From contig NC_068982.1 of the NCBI RefSeq assembly GCF_001194135.2, positions 7,779,994 through 7,843,993 on the forward strand: a DNA stretch of 64,000 nt, given 5' to 3'. Positions 54,044 to 64,000 of this stretch are shown one piece after another. Source of the stretch: Octopus bimaculoides (taxonomy: Eukaryota). Below the pieces are notes generated by a model. That model did not search any database, was not told where the DNA came from, and worked only from the letters and a program-made list of their open reading frames with translations. Both the position numbers and the translations under genes were made by a program. Position 1 is the first letter of the stretch, and each line of letters starts with the position of its first letter.

Positions 54044-54769
54044 CTGTATTAAAAGACGAAAATATTATAGCATGTAAACAATATTATATAATTAAAAAAC
54101 TGTATATAGCATAAAAACATCATTATACAGATACATCAACAATCAATACTCTCCCAACTGGCCCAATGTTACACTCACTCAATACAACACATCAAAATGC
54201 TGGAAGCCAGAAATGGGTTCACAATGAGTCAAACAACCATGAACGAATCAAGTATTAGTAGAGTGTGTAAGCACCACATCTAATTTAAACCCCAGATCTA
54301 GCTCCGGGTTGGTTCTAGGTGTGATGTAGGTATAAAAAAAATAACACAAATGTGGTTTAAAATTTATGGCAGCCATTTTGATAGAATTTTACTGATGTAT
54401 TTTTAGATTACATCATAACATATATAAATATAAATACAGAAGAACCTCACAGTATGAGTGCTCCATTGTACAAATAATTTCCTGTATGAGCTGAGACTCG
54501 TGTGAATTTTTGTCCACAGCACAAGCACACAAATTGTTGACTCCAATTTTTTCAATTATCTGTTCATATACAACATATGGCCAAAAGTAAACCTGGAAAT
54601 ACAGATTATACTAGATACCACTGGGTGAAATCTGAAGGTGGACAAGCTTTATATTGTACCCTACTATGTTCTTAACAGAATATAAACATGATAACGGTTA
54701 CATTTCATCAAGCTAGACTAATCCCATCCAGTCACTAAAAAGAGATAAAATAGAAGTATCTAAACTGAG

Positions 54770-57700
54770 GCTTTCTTTTTTCAAGTCAGCAATGTAAAGA
54801 ATTTCCAAACATGGGAAGAAAGAAGATTAAACGTTTTCAACAAAATATATTTAAACCCAATTTATTCAATGAAAAGTGCTGCTTACATTGCTTCAGCATC
54901 TTGATTTCTTTTCTTTTCACTTTCTCTAACATTTGTCCTAAAAGTAGAACATGGATTTTATCTTTTGTTTTTCATTCTAGAATTATTTCACAGAAATAAA
55001 CAACATTTTGGGAGTTAAATGTAATCAGAAAAGAATTGCTTTTTATTAGGAATAAATTGCTCAACTGATTAGGAAGAGAGTTAGACTGGATGAGATGCAG
55101 TACAGTTTTGTGCCAGAAACAAGCACAACTGATGCTGGCAAGGCAACTGCAAGAGAAGCATTTAGCCAAGAATAAACCATTGTAACTGGTTTTTGTTGAG
55201 CTGGAGAAAGACTTTCAAAAGTAACCCTCTATCCTTGGTTATTGTGGGCTTAAGAAAAGCCTTGGAGGGAGGCATTGCTCCTTCATCTGGTGGTCAATGC
55301 AGAAGATATGGATTGATGAGTGGTTGGTGAGAGTAGTACAAGCCATGTACAAGTATACTGTCAATAAGGTTAAAGTATGCAATGGGTACAGCAATGAATT
55401 TAGTGTACAAGTAAGAGTTCACCAATGAAACAAGCACAACTGATGCAATCCTCCTGGTTTGGCAACTGCAAGAGAAGGATAAACCATCTGGAGTTTGTAG
55501 AGCTAGAGAAAGGCATTAAAGAATAAACCGCTATACTTGGCTACAGTGGACCTCCAGAAATTCTTGGACAGAAGCCATAGCTCCCTCATCTGGTGGTCAC
55601 TGTAGAAGGCGTGGTTGATGAGTGGTGTTGAGAGCACCAGAAGCTATGTGCAAGCATGCTGTTAATAAGAAGGTCTGCAATGAGTAAAGGAATGAATATA
55701 GCATACAAGTAAGTGTTCACCAAAGACAAGACCTAGCTCCTCTTTTATATCATAGTAATCAAGGTCATAACAGAGAAATTTAAGTCTGACTACTCTTCAG
55801 AGGTCCTCCAATGCTGATCAATTCTTTTCTCATAGCTGGACTGTTACATAAAATTCAGAGGAAATTTCAGGTGCGGCACCAGGTCAGAAATCAAATGGAC
55901 TTACAATTGATTTACTAAGAGTAGAATTCTAATGAGGAGTAAAACAGACAAATCACACATCCCATCAGGGAGAGGGCCCTGCTCAAAATGTAGGAAAGGT
56001 GTTGGTAGAAACTCCATATGGTGCATCCAGTGCAAGTTCTGTACACATAAATGGTGCAGTAGTATCATGGGAAGATGAACAGAGAAAGCACACACAGATA
56101 TGCGGGTAAAATAAATACTAACTATGTATAAAGGAGAAACTCCTTCAAATGACCAGGGTAGTAACCAACTCCTGTCATCCAGGCCACCATGTTAGCAGTG
56201 GAGCATGAAGTTCTGAAGGCATAATTGTTAGAATAAGATTGTTAGAAGTTAAGAGTGCATGTATCTATGTTGGTAGCAAAGGGCCTCTCCCTTAGAGTGA
56301 AAGGCAGAATGTATAATGCCTGTGTACAAAAGCTAGGTTACATGTCAGTGAAAAAGGGACTGTCAATAGAGGGGACATAGAAAACGCTTCAAACAAATGA
56401 AGCTAACATTTCTGGCAGTTTTCTGCACTTCAGAAAAGACATCAAGCTAAATAGAAATGACTATGCAAGTGTCAATTAAAAGCACCCATACCATTACCAC
56501 ATAATAGCACCTGTGCCAGTGCCACATCAAGAATATACAAGACACTCTATATAAAGTGGTTGGCGTCAGGAAGGGCAATCAGCTATAGGAACCATAATGA
56601 AACAGACAATTGGAGCCTGGACAGACCTCCAGCTGACCAGCTCTTTTCAAACATTCCAACACATGACAAAATTGAGAACAGACATTAACTGATGATAACA
56701 ACACTGGTGATAATGATGAATTATTGGCAATTTCACCACAAACACCTGCAAGAAAGTAAAGTTTTCAAATTTTAATCTATAAATGAACAGAAAATTCTAT
56801 GGCTTGGGCAATGTATAATAAACCCAAATAAATTCAATGCAAAATGATACTTACGTTTCTTGAGTTTCATCGATTCTTCTGTTTCTTTCATTTCTACCAT
56901 TTCTACAGAATTTGAAATATTAGCCATTATTATATCTTTATTCCATATTTATTTCATACTAGAAAACTAACCAACTATCTTTTAGTACTGAAATTTAAAC
57001 AGGTCCAACTTTGTTACTCAAAATGAAAATGGTGGAAATTCAATCAGGAGTTGCAACGAACAGTGTGGATAATTTGAGTTTGGTGAAAGGAGAGATGTAA
57101 TCAGAAGAGGATTGCTTTTTATTGGGAATAAATTGTTCAACTGATTAGGAAGTGAGTTATATTGGATGAGATGCAGTTCTATTTGTGCCAGAAACAAACA
57201 CAACTGATGCTATCCTCTTGGTAATGCAACTGCATGAGAAGGATTTAGCCATGAATAAACCATTGTATTTGGCTTTTGTAGAGCTGGAGAAAGACATAGA
57301 AGAATAAACTGCTATACTTGGCTCTAGTAGACCTCCAGAAATATTTGGACAAAGGCCATAACTCCCTTATCTGGAGGTCACTGCAGAAGCTATGGATTGA
57401 TGAGTGGTGGTGAGAACACTGGAAGACATGTGCAAGAATGCTGTCAATAAGGTGATGGTCTACAATGAGTACGAGATTGAATATAGTGTACAAGTAAGCA
57501 TTCACCACAGACAGGTCCTAGCCCCTCTTCTTTTTAACATAGTCCTCAACGACATAACAGACGAATTTAAGACTGACTAGCTCTGGGAGTTGCTCCAATG
57601 CTGATCAATTTTTCATTATAGCTGAACTATTACATAAAATGCAGAGGAAATTTCAGGTCTGGCGCCACGTTAGTAATCAAATAGCCTTACAATTAAGTTA

Positions 57701-60700
57701 GCTAAGAACAAAAGTCTAATAAGGCATAAAACAAACAAATCACATATCCCTTCAGGCAGATGGTCCTGCTCAAAATGAAGGAAACTCCACACAGTGTATC
57801 CAGTGCTAGTTCTGCACACATAAATGGTGCAGTAGTATCATAGGAAAATGAAAAAATCAAGTATACACTCTGTGTGGCAGATATGCAGGTAAGATAAACT
57901 CCAAGTTTGTACAGAGAAGAGACTCCCTCAAATGACCAGCGTCTGCTTAAAAATAGTAACCAAATTCTGTTATCCAGGCCACCATGTTAGCAGTGGACGA
58001 CGAATTTTGGAAGCATAATTGTTACAATAAGAAGAGGCCAGTCACATTATGTGAGTGAGTGTGTTTGCTGGTAGCAAAGGGCCACTCCCTTAGAATGAAA
58101 AGCAGATTGTATGATGCCAGTGTATATACAGCTAGGCTACATGGCAGTGAAACATGGACTGTCACTATAGAGGACATGCAAAACGCTTAAAACAAAAGAA
58201 GCCAGGAGGTTCTGCGGGATGGGTAATGTCAGTGTGCATGTACGACAGAGTGTAAAGGATTTAAGAGAAAAATTGGGTATAAGAGGCATCAGTTGAAATG
58301 CACGAGAAAGAAGACAATGATATCATGTGATGATAAAGACAGTTGCATAAACAAGTGCTTGTTTCTACTCTAATTGTGGAGGGAAGATGTAAAACAGGTA
58401 GACCCCGGAACACGTGGGAGAAAGTGGTGAGAAATAGTCTTCTGACATTTGGGCTCAAAGAGAAAATAAAAAAAGATCAAGATTTCTGGCAGTTTTCTGC
58501 CCTTCAGAAGACATGTGAAGCTAAGTAAAGTCTTGGCCACCATTACATACAGGCATGTCCTTTATGGCTACGACCCACCACATCCTCTCACAGCTGAGAC
58601 GCCCGTCTTGCAAGTACATACACAATGGTGCTACATAAAAGCACCTGTGCCACAACCACAAGTAACGAACATGCCAGTGCCAATTAAAATCACCTGTTCC
58701 ATTACCACATAAAAGCACCTGTGCCAGTGCCACATTAAGAATATACAAGACACTCTATAAAGTGGTTGTCATAAGGAAGGGCAATCAGCCATAGAAACCA
58801 TAACAAAACAGACAATTGGAGCCTGCACAGCCCTCCAGCCAGCCAGCTCCTGTCAAACGTTCCAACACATGACAAAACTGAGAGCAGACATTGTATGATG
58901 ATAATAATGGTAATGATAATGATGAATTATTAGCAAATTTACCACAAACCACTACAAAAATGTAGAGTTTTCAAATTTTAATATATAAATAAACAGAAAA
59001 TGCTATGACTTCGGCAAAATATAATAAACCCAAATAAATTCACTGAAAAATAATACTTACATTTCTAGAGTTTCATCAATTACTCTGTTTCTTTCTTCTC
59101 TACCATTTCTACAGAATTTAAAGTAGTAGTCATTATTAAATTTTTATACCATATTTATTTCATACTAGAAAACTAACCAACTATATTTTAGTACTAAAAT
59201 ATAAACAGGTCCAACTTTGTTGCTCAAAATGAAAATGGTAGACATTCAATCAGGACTTGCAATGAACACTAAATAATTTGAGTTTGGTGAAGAGGGAGAT
59301 CACTGAGGAAAGAAATGCTTTAGCTGTTGTAGCAAAGAAAGAAGATATGTCTGATAGAGACAAAAGATTAGGAATGACATATGATTTAAAGATCTTCAAC
59401 TTTCACCATCCCACCTGGTTACTGCAAGAGAAATAATATTCTTCAAACTACAGTATCTGTAGCCAGACTTTGTTTTTTCAAGTCAGCAATTTTCAATCAT
59501 GAGAAGAAGGAAGATTAAATGTTTTCAACAAAATATATTTAAACCCAATTTATTCAATGAAAAGTGTCGCTTACGTTGCTTGAACATCTTGATTTCTTTT
59601 CTTTTGACTTTCTCTAACATTTGTCCTAAAAGTAAAACATGGGTTATAACATTTTTTTGTTTTTTATTCTAGAATTATTTCACAGAAATAAACAACATTT
59701 TTAGAGATAAATGTAATAAGAAAAGGATTACTTTTTATTGGCAATAAATGACCCAGTTGATTAGGAACAGAGTTAGCCTGGATGAGATGCAGTTCTAATT
59801 CATACCAGGAAGAAACACAACTGGTGCTATCCTCCTAGTAAGGCAACTGAAAGAGAAGCATTTAGCCCTGAATAAAACGTTGCATTTGGCTTTAGTAGAG
59901 CTGGAGAAAGACTTCCAAATAGAAATCTCTATCCTTGGCTACTGTGGGCCTAAGAAAGTCTAACAAGGAGTAAAACAGACAAATCACACATCCCATCAGG
60001 GAGATGGCCCTGCTCAAAATGAAGGAAAGGTGTTGGTAGAAATTCCATATGGTGTATCCAGTGCAAGTTCTGCATACACACAAGGAGTGTAGTTGTATCA
60101 TAGGAAGATGAACAGAGAAAGTAGACACTTTATGTGACAGATATGCAGGTAAAATAAATACTAAGTATGTACAGTGGAGAGACTCCCTCAAATGACCAGG
60201 GTATCCTTAGAAGTAGTGGCCAAATTCTGTTATCCAGGCCACCATTTTAGCAGTGGAGGATGAATTTCTGAAGGCATAAATGTTAGAATAAGAACAGGGT
60301 GGTCAAAGTTAAGGGTGCCAGTATCTTCTGGTAGTAAAAGGCCTCTCTCAAGGCAGATTGCATGATGCCAGTGTACATACAACTAGGCTACATGACAGGG
60401 AAACATGGACTGTCACTAGAAAGGACATGCAAAACGCTTGAAACAAAAGAAGCCAGGAGGTTCTGCTAGATTAGTCATGTCAGTGTGTATGTATGATTGG
60501 GTTTAAGAGAAAAATTGGGTATAAGCGGCATCAGTTGAAATGCACAAGAAAGAAGACAGTAATATTATGTGATACATATGGATGAGCACAGTAGCATAAA
60601 GAAGTGCTTGTTTCTACTCCACTTGTGGAGGGAAGCTGTAAAATGGGTAGACCCAGGAAGACGTGGGAGAAAGTGATGAGAAACAGTCTTCTCACATTGG

Positions 60701-62110
60701 ATTTTACAAGGAAGATAAATAAGGACCAGTCTTTCTGGCAGTTTTCTGCATTTCAGAAGACACATCAAGCTAAGTAAAATCTTGACCACCCATACATACA
60801 GACATGCCCTTTATGGCTATGACCCACCACATCCTCTCACAGCTGAGACGTCCGTCTTGCAAGTACATACACAATGGTGCTACATAAAAGCACCTGTGCC
60901 ACAACCACAAGAAACGAACATGCCAGTGCCAATTAAAATCACCTGTTCCATTACCACATAAAAGCACCTGTGCCAGTGCCACATTAAGAATATACAAGAC
61001 ACTCTATAAAGTGGTTGGTATAAGGATGGGCAATCAGCCATAGAACCCATAACAAAATAGACAATTGGAGCCTGGACAGACCTCCAGCTAGCCAGCTCCT
61101 GTCAAACATTCCAACACATGAAAACATTGAGAATGGACATTAAAAGATAACAATAGTAATGATCATGATGGACTATTTGAAATTTTACCAAACCCCTACA
61201 AAAATGTAAGAGTTTTCAAATTTTAATATATAAATATACAGAAAATGCTATGACTTCAGCAAAATATAATAAACCCAAATAAATTCACTGAAAAATAATA
61301 CTTACGTTTCTAGAGTTTCATCAATTACTCTGTTTCTTTCTTCTCTGCCATTTCTACAGAATTTGAAATATTAGTCATTATTAAATCTTTATACCATATT
61401 TATTTCATACTAGAAAACTAACCAACTATATTTTAGTACTAAAATATAAACAGGTCCAACTTTGTTGCTCAAAATGAAAATGGTAGACATTCAATCAGGA
61501 CTTGCAATGAACACTAAATAATTTGAGTTTGGTGAAGAGGGAGATCACTGNNNNNNNNNNNNNNNNNNNNNNNNNNNTAGCTGTTGTAGCAAAGAAAGAA
61601 GATATGTCTGATAGAGACAAAAGATTAGGAATGACATATGATTTAAAGATCTTCAACTTTCACCATCCCACCTGGTTACTGCAAGAGAAATAATATTCTT
61701 CAAACTACAGTATCTGTAGCCAGACTTTGTTTTTTCAAGTCAGCAATGTAAGGAATTTTCAATCATGGGAAGAAGGAAGATTAAATGTTTTCAACAAAAT
61801 AAATTTAAACCCAATTTATTCAATGAAAAGTGTCGCTTACGTTGCTTGAGCGTCTTGATTTCTTTTCTTTTGACTTTCTCTAACATTTGTCCTAAAAGTA
61901 AAACATGGATTATAACATTTTTTTGTTTTTTATTCTAGAATTATTTCACAGAAATAAACAAAATTTTTAGAGATAAATGTAATAAGAAAAGGATTGCTTT
62001 TTATTGGCAATAATTTGCACAACCAATTAGGAAGAGAGTTAGCCTAGATGAGATACAGTTCTGTTTCATACAAGGAAGAAACACAAGTGGTGCTCTCCTC
62101 CTGGAACATG
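54770..62110. repeat. Tandem segmental array of ~2.2-2.27 kb units (3 near-complete, 1 partial)
   Basis: Homologous anchors at 56855/59061/61306 (periods 2206, 2245) and 54887/59575/61841; each unit has an RTE fragment, a (GAT)n-tailed SINE and exon-like cassettes. Confidence 0.93.
55020..56445 (+). mobile_element. Degenerate RTE-type reverse-transcriptase fragment (paralogous copies at ~57097-58527, ~59710-60778, ~61978-62110)
   Basis: DEMQYSFVPETSTTDA, KNKPL and VDEWLVRVVQAMY remnants; internal duplication ~55125-55430 / ~55428-55720 in this copy. Confidence 0.82.
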
Positions 62111-62965
62111 GCAAACAGGCAAGAAAACAAAGAAAACATAACTGGGATTTTGTGACATATGTTAAAAGCATATATACCGAATGAGTGATAACCAAGCTTA
62201 AATCCGTTATAAAAGTTAAGTTGTCCAAGGAGATGTACGGTGAAAACATACAGGCTCTTCTAATCGATAAAGAAAAATATAAAAAGTTGAAGGAAAAGTG
62301 TCAAATTGAGCAGCCGGATTTGTGGTGGAGTTCAATGAACTGCCACCAGTAGTAGAACTAAGTGAACTAGATCCTTGCATAAGATATTAAAAAATAAAGT
62401 AAAATCGTTTAAAAAAAAAAAGGGTAAACAAATTGATGCTAATGGTGAAAAAAATAAAAATAAAAAAATAACAAACTGAAAGTAAGAACATTTAAATGCT
62501 ACTGCATGTGAGTGGGGTGCATGCAGTGATTTCATCAACATCGATTTCATTGTACATTTTTCCATATTTCATTCGCTTTATGTTTTTTGTCCCCACTGTG
62601 ATGTTCTGTCTGTCCTTGTGCTGTCCCCTCTGTGTCATGGCCTAGGTGCCAAATAAAAAGAAATACAGTCAGCGAGGTACACTATTCAGGCCAGTCCCAC
62701 AGAGACGATGAAATACGTTGTCATAGTGCAGGACATAACAGTGGTGACAAGGATTCGTATCTCACACAGCTACAAATATGTAGTAGTGGGACATAATAGT
62801 AGCAATGAGGATACCTCCCACACTATAATGGTGTCATTATAACAGTGGTATCAAGTTTACAAATGCTCATAGGAGTGTCAAAATGGAAGACCTACGTTCA
62901 AGAACAATAGAAGTTTGAAGATTCAAACTGAGTTTAAAGATTCAAACTCAGAAGATTCAAACAAA

Positions 62966-63265
62966 GAATTGAACTACACACGGTGAAAAGTAATATATAT
63001 ACAGTGAAAATTATATAAAAAAAGATTCTGAAGTAAAAAAAATGCTAACACAGAAATGAAGTACACATAATGAAAACTAATATCCATACAGTGAAAAATA
63101 TATAAAAACAAAATCCTGAAGGAAAAAAAATGCTAACACAGAATTGAACTACACATGGGGAAAAGTAATATACACACAGTGAAAATATATATAAAAAAGA
63201 TCCTGAAGAAAAACGTGTCTGATAAAACTGGAAATCTACACAGAACTGAACTACACACGGTGATA
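62966..63265. repeat. ~88-bp degenerate tandem repeat, 3+ copies
   Basis: GAA(T/A/C)TGAA(C/G)TACACA anchors at 62966, 63053, 63141, 63243. Confidence 0.82.
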
Positions 63266-64000
63266 AATAATTCTGTGTGGAAGAAAATATAATAATGATA
63301 ATAATAATAAGTCCATTCGAAGTATTTGTAAGTCAGGTCGCTATATGTAGTAGCACTACCAGTAATAATGTAGACTTGGTACTACCTGCGGCATTTTGAA
63401 AGAAATATGGTTGTGTTAAACGAAAACAAGAAACAGTTGCTAAGAAAGTTACAATTGACAAAGAAAATACAAGCCATTTTGTGATTAAGGATACTAAACA
63501 AGTCCTCCTACAAAAGACTCCAGATGAAATGTCAATGGAAGTGACAAGTGAAGAAATTGTTGTAGAAAATTCTGAAATTAGAGAATCTGAGCCATCTGTT
63601 ACAGGAAAAGATCTTTCTACTGAAAATGCTTCATTAAGGAATCATTCTAATGCAAACACTTTCAAAGATAATGAAAGTTTGCAGGTAACTGATCCAATGT
63701 CTGCCGAGAAAAATTTAACGGGAGGAAAAGTTGTAGAAATGAAAAAAATATATATATGCTGTGAAGAAATAAAAAAAATAATAATTCTGTGTGGAACACG
63801 AAATAGTCTAAATAACAAAAGAAAACAAATTATGGTTAAAAGAAAGAGTGATGAGAAAAAATATATATAATTCTGTGTGGAACAACAAACAATCTAAATA
63901 AGACTAAAATAATTCAGGTTCGAAGAAAATGAAATGAAATAAAAATAATGTGTTGAGAGAGAGAAAAAACATATATGTATGTATGTATGTATGTATGTAT

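Noticed and set aside
62700-62900. Weakly repeated GTG..GACATAA(C/T)AGT motifs
   Set aside because: Only three poor copies; all frames are short or stopped; no interpretable structure.

Overview
AT-rich eukaryotic genomic DNA with seven N gaps. The SINE, microsatellite and DNA-transposon content looks like octopus (inference). Most of the window is one large minus-strand gene. I reconstructed by hand 27 GT-AG exons (53843 down to 311; 4262 nt, about 1420 codons) that join with matching phases and no stop. They encode an SCO-spondin/otogelin/gel-forming-mucin/VWF-family protein: EMI-like, EGF, TB(8-Cys)-like 6-Cys module, D1, D2, D', D3 (VWD-C8-TIL-E assemblies), LDLa, then the start of a Thr/Ser-rich tract. 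The gene continues off the left edge and its signal-peptide exon is unresolved. Upstream (54.8-62.1 kb) is a ~2.2 kb tandem array of RTE-LINE + SINE + two exon-like cassettes. Introns hold Tc1/mariner, Helitron, RTE, CR1-like, hAT- and piggyBac-type remnants, several SINE families and several long hairpins. No rRNA, tRNA gene or CRISPR array was seen. All calls come from manual reading; no database searches were run.
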